Assembly (NCBI GenBank): GCA_964620395.1
Contig: CAZUHE010000001.1
Coordinates: 1 to 59,993, forward strand
DNA length: 59,993 nt
Origin: an uncultured Dehalococcoidia bacterium
GTDB taxonomy: Bacteria; Chloroflexota; Dehalococcoidia; Lucifugimonadales; UBA826
Reading direction: 5' to 3'
Part shown: positions 45,641 through 55,441 of the stretch, piece after piece
Layout of the letters: each line of letters begins with the position of its first letter
How positions within the stretch are numbered: the first letter of the stretch is position 1
Translations under genes and position numbers: made by a program
Notes under the pieces: generated by a model
Database searches by the model: none
The model's input: the letters and a program-made list of their open reading frames with translations, nothing else
Told to the model about the DNA's origin: nothing

Positions 45641-46906
45641 TTGCTTAAAATCTTTAATTCCATACCAAGAATCCAAACCTTTGACTCTTTGAAGGCACAC
45701 AGGAACTATAGATTTTTGTGGTTGGCTAACTTTTGCTCTAATACGGCGCATTGGCTACAACTGTTGACCCTGGGATGGTTAGTAAAATTTTTGTCAGAGG
45801 ATGCCTCTAACTCTGCCCTTCTTGTTGTAGGAATTGGTGGAGCTGTAGCACTGCCTGGGGTTTTTATCGGGCCATTGGGTGGAGTCCTAGGGGATCGCCT
45901 TGATAGAAGAAAGTTAGTGATTGCGATTGATGTTTTTATGGCGTTACTTGCTTTAATTTTTGCTGTTCTAGTCCAAATGAACATCATAGAGATATGGCAG
46001 GTGTATCTGTATGCCTTAATAGCAGGTTCCTGCGAGTCTATCAAGATGCCAGTGAGAAGCGCATTAGTAGCTAATACTGTTCCTGATAGGGATATTAGTA
46101 ATGCATTCGCTACCAGTGTGTTGACGATTCCTGGAACTCGCATGATAGGACCTTTTGTAGGTGGATTGATTGTTTCAAGCTTTGGGTTTTTCTGGAATTT
46201 TGCTATCGAAGCTTTTCTGTACATGAGCACTGTACTTTGCTTGATACCTATGAGTCTTGAATATGCCGGAACGAAGAGTGAAGATGAGAAATTTAATTTT
46301 AAAAGGATGTTTCCCGATGTGTTTGACGGGTTTAAATATCTATGGCGAAAACAAAAATCTCTTTCATACTTAATTATCCTCTCATCGGTTCCCAATATTA
46401 TTTGTCAGCCTATTCTTTTTTTGTTGCCCTTGTATACCGCATCTGTCCTCAACAAAGGTGCGGATTTTGGAGGTTATTTGCTTGCGGTCAACGGGGCAGG
46501 AGGGCTTCTGATGGTGCTTTTTATTTCGGCATTTGGGTTTCCTTCTAAAAGAGGGTTATTCTGCGTTATTTGCGCTTTTACAAGTGCTTCTATTACCCTG
46601 CTGCTCAGTCAAACCGTATGGATTCCAGTAGCTTTTTTAGTCTTGGCTGCTTTTGGTGCAACGCAGACAGCTTTTCGTACTACAAATGGTGTTTTAGTAC
46701 AGACCCTTACAGATGATTTGTATAGAGTTAGGGTAATGAGTGTTTACAGGGTAGTTGCCGGGATGATTGTCATATTCGGCCTTGGGGTTGGATGGATGAC
46801 GGATCTCACTTCGCCTCGTTGGACAATTGGAATAATGGGTCTAATTGCCGTGTTAATATCGGCATTATTTCTTATAAAGGTTCCCGTTGTTCGCAATCAA
46901 AAGTAG
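45641..46906 (+). CDS. MFS transporter (EntS/MFS_3-like)
   Basis: 421 aa. It has the HRNYRFLWLANFCSN motif and a GVLGDRLDRRKL loop. The TTG start lies 7 nt after the enolase-family stop. Confidence 0.8.
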   Translation: MLKIFNSIPRIQTFDSLKAHRNYRFLWLANFCSNTAHWLQLLTLGWLVKFLSEDASNSALLVVGIGGAVALPGVFIGPLGGVLGDRLDRRKLVIAIDVFMALLALIFAVLVQMNIIEIWQVYLYALIAGSCESIKMPVRSALVANTVPDRDISNAFATSVLTIPGTRMIGPFVGGLIVSSFGFFWNFAIEAFLYMSTVLCLIPMSLEYAGTKSEDEKFNFKRMFPDVFDGFKYLWRKQKSLSYLIILSSVPNIICQPILFLLPLYTASVLNKGADFGGYLLAVNGAGGLLMVLFISAFGFPSKRGLFCVICAFTSASITLLLSQTVWIPVAFLVLAAFGATQTAFRTTNGVLVQTLTDDLYRVRVMSVYRVVAGMIVIFGLGVGWMTDLTSPRWTIGIMGLIAVLISALFLIKVPVVRNQK

Positions 46907-46925
46907 TCAATTATCCTCGCTGAGA

Positions 46926-48602
46926 TTACGTAAAATTGGTATGCGACTTATTGAGTGGTGGGTTACCTACGCTATGGGCATATTCTGCAACGAGCGATGG
47001 GTTCCATTTGTGTCCAGATAAAGGCCATGTTTGTACCTCACATCTTTCCATCCACCTGAGGTAGGTTTTTTCCATGCCACTTACGCGATCTTTTTCCTTT
47101 TGCGCCATGTTATTTAATTCTGTTCTGTCTTGATTCATGTTGTAAAGTTCCCATTCCCTCCCTACTTCAGAAACTAATTTCCACTCCCCGGATCGCATTG
47201 CTCTACTTCCCTCATGTTCCCAAAAAATGTCTTGACCACGTATCCATTTTCCTTTCTCTATAGCTTCAAAGAAACTCTGTCCCTCTAATTCCTTGATTGG
47301 GTGGCCTTTGTATTCGTTTAGATAGGGTGCACCTGCGGCTTCATATATCGTGGCTGCGATATCAGTGATATGAGTTGGTTCATGAATTATGGAAGATTGC
47401 TTTATCTTATTGGGCCAACTCACGATAAACGGGGTGGAAATTCCTCCTTCATGGGTCCATCTTTTGAATAATCTGAAGGGTGTGTTGCTGGCATTTGCCC
47501 AAGGTAAGTCGTAACTCATGAATGTGTCGTCGGGACCTGGCCGTACCGTTGCAATGTTTCCTACCTGCATGGGTCGACCGTCCACGGTAGGAGAAGAATA
47601 TTGGGCTGGATTTGCCTGGTTACTATCCTCTGCGAAGAATTCCGCGCAACCCCCATTGTCCGATAGGAACATTATTACCGTATCGTCTTCGATATCAAGG
47701 TCTTTTAATTTTTGAAGTACACGGCCTATGCCTTGATCCATCCTGTCAATCATGGCTGCATATGTGGCCATTCGAAGATCTTCCCAGGCTTTATTGTCAC
47801 TCATAGCCCATGATTTCGCTGATTCGTTCCGAGGTGATATATCCCATTTTGAATCCAAGATACCCATACCTTTCAGTTCTTCATGACGATCTGTACGTAG
47901 TTGGTCCCACCCGTTTAGGTATTTTCCTTCATATTTTGCGATGTCTTCTTCCAGTGCGTGTAAAGGCCAGTGAGGTGCTGTGTAGGCTAGGTGTAAAAAG
48001 AATGGCTGATCTTTTTCAGCTGCCTCATCAATCATCGTTACGGCGTTGTCGGTAATAGTGTCAGTGAAATAGAAGTCTGATTCAGTAACGTTGACAAACT
48101 TGTCGTTTTTCATAAGTGTACGTGGGTTATAGAAACTGCCAGCGCCCGTGACGATTCCGTAAAACTTGTCAAAGCCCCTCTGGGTTGGTACTGGATGCTC
48201 GTCATCTCCCGGAGACCATGAGGAATCGTCGAGCAGGTCGTAACCTCCTCCCACATGCCATTTTCCTGACATTAGCGTGGTATAACCTGAACTTTTAAGT
48301 ACCTCGGCGATGGTCGTACAATTCTGGTTTAGATATCCCTGATATGCGGGTATGTCAAATTCATTAGCGACTCCAAAATTAGAGGTCATGTGGCCTACAC
48401 CGGTCTGTTGGGGATTTAATCCTGTGAGAAGAGCTGCTCGGGACGGACAACATCGTGCGGAATTGTACATCTGTGTAAATCGAATACCGGTTTCTCCGAG
48501 TGAGTTTAAGTTCGGAGTGTTTATCTCGGAGCCATAGCACCCCAGATCCGAATATCCCATGTCATCAGCGAGGATTAGTACGAAATTTGGTTTTTTATTC
48601 AA
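46926..48602 (-). CDS. arylsulfatase (Cys-type)
   Basis: 558 aa. Motifs seen are LADDMGYSDLG and CCPSRAALLTG. The TTG start has SD GGAGGG 9 nt upstream. No signal peptide. Confidence 0.9.
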   Translation of the reverse strand: MNKKPNFVLILADDMGYSDLGCYGSEINTPNLNSLGETGIRFTQMYNSARCCPSRAALLTGLNPQQTGVGHMTSNFGVANEFDIPAYQGYLNQNCTTIAEVLKSSGYTTLMSGKWHVGGGYDLLDDSSWSPGDDEHPVPTQRGFDKFYGIVTGAGSFYNPRTLMKNDKFVNVTESDFYFTDTITDNAVTMIDEAAEKDQPFFLHLAYTAPHWPLHALEEDIAKYEGKYLNGWDQLRTDRHEELKGMGILDSKWDISPRNESAKSWAMSDNKAWEDLRMATYAAMIDRMDQGIGRVLQKLKDLDIEDDTVIMFLSDNGGCAEFFAEDSNQANPAQYSSPTVDGRPMQVGNIATVRPGPDDTFMSYDLPWANASNTPFRLFKRWTHEGGISTPFIVSWPNKIKQSSIIHEPTHITDIAATIYEAAGAPYLNEYKGHPIKELEGQSFFEAIEKGKWIRGQDIFWEHEGSRAMRSGEWKLVSEVGREWELYNMNQDRTELNNMAQKEKDRVSGMEKTYLRWMERCEVQTWPLSGHKWNPSLVAEYAHSVGNPPLNKSHTNFT

Positions 48603-48894
48603 GGGTAACGCCCTCCAGCAGTTAACTGTAAACTAATCGATTGGTGTAATTCTTTTAACTAACTCTCCAGTAATCATAAAATGTCCTTGAAAAGATATAA
48701 GTGGACTGACTCATTAACCTTACGTTAACATATGAAAACCAATTCCTGTAATTATCTGCTGGGGCTTGGCGTAATGAATTTGGCCTGTTTAGACGGTTTC
48801 GCCAAAAAAGGCAGGTGATATGTGAAGCCTAGTGCTTACGCTTTCTTTATATGTGAGTTTTTGATTTGAACAATAGTTATCTTTGTAAAGTTTC

Positions 48895-50208
48895 ATGATT
48901 CGGCGCAATGGTTTTAACGGTGGATATATAGAACGCCTTAAACGTATTTATTATGGTTGGTACCTTATTCCTGCCTTTGGGGCAGTCATGTTGCTTGCGA
49001 CCACCCCACTTTTTCATGCAATGGGAATCTGGGCTGTTGCGATTGAAAGAGCATTTGGATGGAACAGAACTCAACTCTCTTTAGCTCTGTCGTTTACTAG
49101 GATTGAGGGAGGGATACTGGGACCTATAGAAGGGTATTTCATAGATAAATTTGGAACGAGGAGAATGGTCCTTATCGGGATGGTAATTATGGGGTTAGGT
49201 TGGGTTTTATTTAGTCGTATGAATCACCTGCTTGTTTTTTATTTTGCCTATCTGGTTATAGCTTTGGGTCAAGGTCTTGGAAGTTGGCTGGCATTACATA
49301 CCATGCTAAATAATTGGTTCATAAAACGTCGTTCTATGGTTATGGGACTCGCGAATTCAGTTTCGAGATTGGGTTCTTTGTTTCTTGTTCCATTAATTGC
49401 ATGGCTTGTGGATCCAGACGTAACGGGGCGCTTCGGTTGGAGCAATACTGCATTGGTTTTAGGCATAGTAGTTGTTCTTTTAGCCTTTCCAATTACAAGG
49501 ATAATAAGAGATAGGCCAGAAGACTATGGGCTACTGCCGGACGGAGAATCACCTTCAGAACCGGTTGGCAAACCTGGTAATTTAAAGGATGTTACTCCTG
49601 TTGATACCTTTGATTTTACCGTCTCTCAAGCTTTAAAAACTAGGGCGTTTTGGTTAATTGGAATCGGGCACGGATTCACTTCTATGGTTCTTCTGGCCTT
49701 GATGTTACATTTGGCCCCAATGATGACTGATATGGGCTACAGCCTTCAGACTGCAGCCTATGTAGTATCTGCTTACACAGCTGTTTCTATGGTGTTTCAA
49801 ATGGTAGGGGGTATATTAGGAGACAGGATTCCCAAAAATGTGGCCCTAATGTTTTTTTCTTTGCTCCAAGCAATTGGTGTGTTTTGCCTTATTCTTGGAC
49901 CTGCTACATTGGCAACAGCGTATATATTTGCATTGTTTTTTGGTATGGGATTTGGAGGCAGGAGTCCGATATCTTCGTCCATAAGAGGAGAGTATTTTGG
50001 AAGGAAACACTTCGGCAAAATAATGGGAGCATCACAAGTTCCAATGAATGTTCTGCTGTTGATCGGCCCAATTTTTGCTGGATACATGAGAGATGTAAGA
50101 GGTGATTACATTCACGCCTTCGGAGTATTGGGTTTCTTAGCTGCTGTGGGAGGTTTTTGTTTTCTGATGGCGACCAAGCCAAATATTCCTGAAAAAGTTT
50201 CCAAGTAG
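48895..50208 (+). CDS. MFS transporter
   Basis: 437 aa with about 12 helices. It has GPIEGYFIDKFGTRR loop motif and a charged central loop. Confidence 0.8.
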   Translation: MIRRNGFNGGYIERLKRIYYGWYLIPAFGAVMLLATTPLFHAMGIWAVAIERAFGWNRTQLSLALSFTRIEGGILGPIEGYFIDKFGTRRMVLIGMVIMGLGWVLFSRMNHLLVFYFAYLVIALGQGLGSWLALHTMLNNWFIKRRSMVMGLANSVSRLGSLFLVPLIAWLVDPDVTGRFGWSNTALVLGIVVVLLAFPITRIIRDRPEDYGLLPDGESPSEPVGKPGNLKDVTPVDTFDFTVSQALKTRAFWLIGIGHGFTSMVLLALMLHLAPMMTDMGYSLQTAAYVVSAYTAVSMVFQMVGGILGDRIPKNVALMFFSLLQAIGVFCLILGPATLATAYIFALFFGMGFGGRSPISSSIRGEYFGRKHFGKIMGASQVPMNVLLLIGPIFAGYMRDVRGDYIHAFGVLGFLAAVGGFCFLMATKPNIPEKVSK

Positions 50209-50257
50209 AACCAGTAGGTAATCTCTATGTTCTATTCTATACGTTTGTATCTGAGTC

Positions 50258-51322
50258 TTACCCAATTGGCGTAAGATCTCTTGTCCCTTTTGGTCTGAAT
50301 GCTTTTGATACAAGTGTGTAGGATCGCTTTCGGTGTGCAAAATCGTAACAGTTTGTAACGATACCGACATCTCCTGTTTGGTATCTCTCAGCAGCTAGTA
50401 GAATACCTTCTTTAACTTGGTCCGGGTCTCCTTCAATATTGCTCTGTGTTGATTGTTCCATGTAGTTTTTCGCATGATTGTCCAATGGCCAGTCAGTAGC
50501 TTCTTCTGGTGGAATCAATCCCTGAGTTGACAGGCCCAGTCTAGATATAATCTTGTTTAAATTCCGAGAGGAACCTACAAATTTAGCTTCTTCTTCGGTG
50601 GGAGCGCAGGTCACTTGAAGTCCGACGTTAACTAATGGCTCTGATAGGAAGTTGGAAGGCTCAAATAATTTTCTGTATAAATCTGTTACTTGCGGCCCGT
50701 ATTCTGAGGTGTTTCCAAAAAAATCGGCGAAACTGAATGGTAACCCCAACTCCGCCGCTAACCTTGCGCTGTAGTCACTTGAACCAAGCAGCCAAATAAT
50801 AGGGCTGGTTTCTTTTACTTTACCCGGTTGAGCGGAAATTCCATTAAGGTGATGGGTATCACCCGGACCTTCATTCAAAAAACTTGCTAGATCTCTTACC
50901 ATTTGCGGAAAATCTTGATGTACGTCCATGACACGCCTTGGGTAGGTCAGAGCAGCGGCAGTTTTTCCGTCGCTGCCTGGTGCCCTTCCTACGCCTAGGT
51001 CTATTCGATTTGGATAAAACGAGTCCAGCATACTGAACTGTTCTGCCACTTTAAGTGCAGAATAATGGCTGAGCATAACCCCTCCACTTCCAACACGTAT
51101 GTTTTTTGTGTTAGCGGCTATTTGTCCAATTAGTATTTCGGGGCTTGTTCCGGAAAAAGAAGTTGAATTGTGATGTTCCGCTACCCAGTATCTGTGATAG
51201 CCTAGCGACTCAACGTGTTGCGCTAACTGTACAGATTCCTTGAGGGCGCTGGATGCTGTGTCCCCACGTCGTATAGGGGATTGGTCCACCACCGTAAGTT
51301 TTATGTCATTTTCATTGATCAT
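50258..51322 (-). CDS. LLM-class (luciferase-like) flavin-dependent oxidoreductase
   Basis: 354 aa. The N-terminus LTVVDQSPIRRGDTASSALKESVQLAQHVESLGYHRYWVAEHHN is typical of this LLM subgroup. Confidence 0.85.
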   Translation of the reverse strand: MINENDIKLTVVDQSPIRRGDTASSALKESVQLAQHVESLGYHRYWVAEHHNSTSFSGTSPEILIGQIAANTKNIRVGSGGVMLSHYSALKVAEQFSMLDSFYPNRIDLGVGRAPGSDGKTAAALTYPRRVMDVHQDFPQMVRDLASFLNEGPGDTHHLNGISAQPGKVKETSPIIWLLGSSDYSARLAAELGLPFSFADFFGNTSEYGPQVTDLYRKLFEPSNFLSEPLVNVGLQVTCAPTEEEAKFVGSSRNLNKIISRLGLSTQGLIPPEEATDWPLDNHAKNYMEQSTQSNIEGDPDQVKEGILLAAERYQTGDVGIVTNCYDFAHRKRSYTLVSKAFRPKGTRDLTPIG

Positions 51323-51425
51323 GTTATATCAGTGCTATGGGAATAGGATATCAGAAAGGTATTGAAATAGAATTAATTGTTGACGCTAGACCTAATGATA
51401 GTGTCTGGGTTCAATAAAAAGGTTA

Positions 51426-52388
51426 ATGGTGAGCTTGGAAAATCGTACCGAACGCCAATCAAATATCAGGCGGCCAGCTAACCTTTTAGCTAGCGGTTTT
51501 CAAGTTTTCCTTTCTTTGCTTTGGGGGGGGAATCATGTGAGTATAAAAGTTTCGCTTGAATACGCTCCACCGATGCAAGTTGGATGGTTACGTTTTGTTT
51601 TAGGTGGCTTCATCACTCTGGGTTACATGGTGCTAAAGAAGGAATCCTTTAAGATCGCAAAAACAGAAATGGGACCTGTGTTTTTCATTGGTTTGTTGTT
51701 CACTGTGCAGATCATTTTCATGAATATGGGTCAGTTTTACACCACGGCTGGTCACGCTACAGCTCTTAATGCCACCTATCCTATTTGGGCGGCCGTGATC
51801 GCTAATTTCGTTGTCCCAAATGATCGTCTGACACGTTGGAAAATTGTTGCGATAATGTTTTCCTATTTGGGGATTTTAGTGTTGGTTTTAAAGGATAGCA
51901 ACGATGCCGTAGTAGGAGTGTCGGTTCATGGGGACATACTGAGTCTTATATCGGCCGCGCTTTTAGGTTTCCGTCTGGTGTTAATGTCGAACTTTGCTCA
52001 AAAAATGTCTGAGATAAAAATAATGTATGGGCAATTGGTAATGGGAACAATCCTTCTTCTTGCAGCGAGCCAGCTATTTGAGAATCCGGTTTGGTCCTTG
52101 AAAACCGGATTCTTATTGTCGCTTGCTTATCAAGGTTTTGTTATAGCTGGTTTCGGGTTTTTAGCAAACGCTTGGCTCTTGAAGAAATATTTACCTTCGA
52201 CGATCACTTTTTTTTCCTTTGTTCAACCACCTGCCGGGGTATTGTTTGCCTGGATGGTACTGAATGAAGATCCAGGGTCGGGGCTTTTAGTCGGATTACT
52301 TTTAATTGTTATGGGGGCAATAGTTTATGGGGGCGAAGCCTACCTAAATTCTATGAAACAGAGATTGAATAAGGGCAACTTGAGTTAA
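51426..52388 (+). CDS. DMT-superfamily (EamA-like) transporter
   Basis: 320 aa with 10 hydrophobic helices arranged as two EamA-like halves. SD AAAGG. Confidence 0.75.
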   Translation: MVSLENRTERQSNIRRPANLLASGFQVFLSLLWGGNHVSIKVSLEYAPPMQVGWLRFVLGGFITLGYMVLKKESFKIAKTEMGPVFFIGLLFTVQIIFMNMGQFYTTAGHATALNATYPIWAAVIANFVVPNDRLTRWKIVAIMFSYLGILVLVLKDSNDAVVGVSVHGDILSLISAALLGFRLVLMSNFAQKMSEIKIMYGQLVMGTILLLAASQLFENPVWSLKTGFLLSLAYQGFVIAGFGFLANAWLLKKYLPSTITFFSFVQPPAGVLFAWMVLNEDPGSGLLVGLLLIVMGAIVYGGEAYLNSMKQRLNKGNLS

Positions 52389-52453
52389 TAACGAAACAAG
52401 TATTTTTAATGGCTGTAAAATATTAATAAATTTTAAGTTTGTGTGAGAAAACA

Positions 52454-53572
52454 ATGAAAATAACTGATATAACGAGCGAAGTTTTTGAATGGGAAAGGCC
52501 AGGTATCTGGAACGGGGGTCATTTTTATGGGCCAGGCAGATTGCACAAAGTAACAGTCAAGACGGATGAAGGTATAGAGGGTTATGGTTGGAACGGTGGT
52601 ACCGCAGCAGAGCGCCCTCTTAATATATTTCCCCCATTTGTGGATTATTTTCGGGATCTGTTAATTGGTCGTGATCCACGAGATACCAGAGCTATATCAG
52701 AAGATCTTGGTGAAAAACAGATTAAGATACTTGGTCCCGGTGGAGTTAACACCCAAGTGTTAGCCGCGATTAATATCGCCTGTTGGGACATAAAAGGTAA
52801 ATCACTTGGTAAATCAGTACATAGTTTACTGGGAGGTGCCCAATCTCGGATTAGAACTTATATCGCTGGAGGTTATTACGCTGAAGGCAAAGGATTAGCT
52901 GAACTTCAAGAAGAAGTAAGGTTCAATGTTGAGGAAATGCATGCAGGTGCTGTGAAGATCAAGATTGGTGACCCAAACCAAGGGGTCGTTGGAGATATGA
53001 AGAGAGTGGAAGCGGCTAGAAAGGCTGTTGGTGACGAAATTGTTCTTATGGTTGACGCTAACTGTGCTCTCGATCTTGATACTTCACTGGAATTTTCTGA
53101 AGAGTTGTCCAAATATGGAGTCTACTGGTTTGAAGAGCCTATGCCCATACATCGGTACAGAGAACATGGGGTTTTGAAATCAAAATCTGATGTGAAGATA
53201 GCAACTGGGGAAAATGGATATCATTTATCACACTTCGAAACTTTGCTAGATCAAGATGGGGCGGACATACTCAATGTGGATGTAACTATTTGTCCTGGAT
53301 ACGATGTCGCTATGGATGTATGTGATTTAGCCTTGAAAAAAGGGGTTTCCATTGCTCCCCATGGATGCCAGGAACTACAATTGCCGCTTGCGGCTTCAAT
53401 AGCGCATGGAGAATTCTTGGAATATTATCCTGTTGCTGTCGACCCGTTGAGGGCAGAGATGTTTATGCCTCGAATGGAACCTGATAAGGACGGATTTGTA
53501 ACAGTTCCGGACAGACCCGGCGTAGGATATGAATTGAATATGGAATTGTTGAATAAGTATAAAGTGGGGTAG
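52454..53572 (+). CDS. enolase-superfamily enzyme (mandelate racemase / muconate lactonizing family)
   Basis: The start was set at MKITDITSEV (ATG 52454). Motifs seen are VKTDEGIEGYG, CWDIKGKSLGKSVHSLLGG, and VDAN / FEEP / GENG metal-ligand contexts. Confidence 0.85.
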   Translation: MKITDITSEVFEWERPGIWNGGHFYGPGRLHKVTVKTDEGIEGYGWNGGTAAERPLNIFPPFVDYFRDLLIGRDPRDTRAISEDLGEKQIKILGPGGVNTQVLAAINIACWDIKGKSLGKSVHSLLGGAQSRIRTYIAGGYYAEGKGLAELQEEVRFNVEEMHAGAVKIKIGDPNQGVVGDMKRVEAARKAVGDEIVLMVDANCALDLDTSLEFSEELSKYGVYWFEEPMPIHRYREHGVLKSKSDVKIATGENGYHLSHFETLLDQDGADILNVDVTICPGYDVAMDVCDLALKKGVSIAPHGCQELQLPLAASIAHGEFLEYYPVAVDPLRAEMFMPRMEPDKDGFVTVPDRPGVGYELNMELLNKYKVG

Positions 53573-53580
53573 TCAATCAA

Positions 53581-54870
53581 ATGGCGAAACATACTACATC
53601 TGAGAATAATGATTCCTCGGAACACAGTCATCATGGACCGTCGGGCCATCACGGCCATCATATTCGTCCACGGAGAGGTAATTTTATAATAGCGGGGCTC
53701 ACTAGCGGTCACGGTGTGTTTCATTGGTTTCTGCAATCGTTTTTGGTGTTGCTGCCTGAGATCGAAGCGGCATTTGGGTTATCCAAAGTGGGCGTTGGAC
53801 TCATATCCACTACAAGAGAGACAGTATCGGGCATTATTACTTTACCGGGTGGAGTTTTGGCAGATATATTCAGGCGTCATTGGGGCTTATTGTTAGCGCT
53901 ATGTATGGGTGTTTTTGGGGTTGGTTGGCTTCTTGTGGGACAGGCTCCGGTATTCCCTGTGCTGCTTATCGGAGTTTCAGTTGTTGCAACTGCTGCATCA
54001 ATGTGGCATTTGCCTGCTCTTGCTTCCCTTTCTCATCATTATTCACACAGAAGAGGAACAGCTCTTTCGTTTCATGGTGTTGGCGGCAATATTGGAGATG
54101 CTGTTAGCCCAGTAGTTACCGGGTTTCTTTTAGGGTATTTGGCATGGAAAGACATATTGTCAATATACGCAGTGGTTCCGATGGGTCTGGCATTTCTGGT
54201 GTTCTGGGCTTTCAAGGATATAGGTAGAAACATAGAGAGCGAAAACACAAAAAATGATACCGGACAACTATCACAAACACGGGCTATTCTTAGGAATCCA
54301 TTAATTTGGATGATAACGATTATTGGTGGTATTAGAGGAATGGCTTTTATAGCGTTGGTTACTTTCTTGCCTTCTTATTTGTCCAATGATCTCGAATTAT
54401 CAGATTTAATGAGAGGTGTATATTTCGGTCTTCTCGTTGCTGTAGGTATATTTTTTACACCTGTTATGGGATATCTATCTGACAGGTTTGGTAGGCGTGA
54501 GGTTCTAGTTCCAGGCATGATTTTTTTGGCTATTGTTGTAATGCTTATGTCGGTATTCGAAGATACTGCCATTATTTTGATATTAATTTGTTTGCTGGGA
54601 ACGTTTTTTTACAGTGACCAACCGATTTTGACAGCGGCAGCCCTTGACATAGTAGGGGAAGGTGTAGCTACAACGACATTGGGGTCTTTATCTTTCGCCC
54701 GGTTCGTTTTGAGTGCGTCATCCCCGATTATTGCAGGGTTTCTTTACGATAATTACTCAATGGATCATGTGTTTTATTATGTTGCAGCTCTGATGATATC
54801 TGCGGCACTGTTACTTGTTTTTGTTCCCTTGAAATCACCGTCGTTGAACGGAGGTCATAATCATCACTGA
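53581..54870 (+). CDS. MFS transporter with His-rich N- and C-termini
   Basis: 429 aa with about 12 helices. The N-terminus is SEHSHHGPSGHHGHHIRP and the C-terminus NGGHNHH. The start lies 8 nt after the enolase-family stop. Confidence 0.8.
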   Translation: MAKHTTSENNDSSEHSHHGPSGHHGHHIRPRRGNFIIAGLTSGHGVFHWFLQSFLVLLPEIEAAFGLSKVGVGLISTTRETVSGIITLPGGVLADIFRRHWGLLLALCMGVFGVGWLLVGQAPVFPVLLIGVSVVATAASMWHLPALASLSHHYSHRRGTALSFHGVGGNIGDAVSPVVTGFLLGYLAWKDILSIYAVVPMGLAFLVFWAFKDIGRNIESENTKNDTGQLSQTRAILRNPLIWMITIIGGIRGMAFIALVTFLPSYLSNDLELSDLMRGVYFGLLVAVGIFFTPVMGYLSDRFGRREVLVPGMIFLAIVVMLMSVFEDTAIILILICLLGTFFYSDQPILTAAALDIVGEGVATTTLGSLSFARFVLSASSPIIAGFLYDNYSMDHVFYYVAALMISAALLLVFVPLKSPSLNGGHNHH

Positions 54871-54931
54871 AGGAAAAAAGGTTTCTGGTTTTGAATACCC
54901 GGTTACTGCTTACCATCTGGATATAAAAAAA

Positions 54932-55441
54932 TTGGATGATATTTTATGTGTTCCAGTGAATAACGGGAAAGCCGAGATGCGTCAACTCGGAGTTGGTGAA
55001 AATGATTATGCTTGTTTCTTGTATAGAACTGTGGGTGAGAGATGGCACTGGGCAGGTAGACATTTTTGGGATTTAGAGCAATGGAATCAAAGGCTAAGTA
55101 AATCAAATGTTTTTATATGGGTTTTGGAATCTGATGGTAAGCCAATGGGATACTATGAGCTTGAAGAACAGCAAGACAAGAATGTTGAAATAATGTACCT
55201 GGGATTGATATCAGATAGTATTGGCAAAGGCTTTGGTAGTTTTATTCTTACAGATGCTTTACAACGGTCTTTCTCTATGGGAGCTTTGAGAGTTCATGTT
55301 TGGACATGCACGTTGGACCACCCCAGAGCTTTGCCCAATTATCAGGCTCTCGGTATGAAATTGATTAAAACTGAAAAAGAAATCAAACACTTTCCTCCCG
55401 GTTGGCCAAGGCCGGAATTGGACAAAGCGGGTACTTTATGA
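54932..55441 (+). CDS. GNAT-family N-acetyltransferase
   Basis: 169 aa with a TTG start; ATG 54977 is the alternative. It has the acetyl-CoA loop context ISDSIGKGFGSFIL, and its stop overlaps the next start (ATGA). Confidence 0.65.
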   Translation: MDDILCVPVNNGKAEMRQLGVGENDYACFLYRTVGERWHWAGRHFWDLEQWNQRLSKSNVFIWVLESDGKPMGYYELEEQQDKNVEIMYLGLISDSIGKGFGSFILTDALQRSFSMGALRVHVWTCTLDHPRALPNYQALGMKLIKTEKEIKHFPPGWPRPELDKAGTL

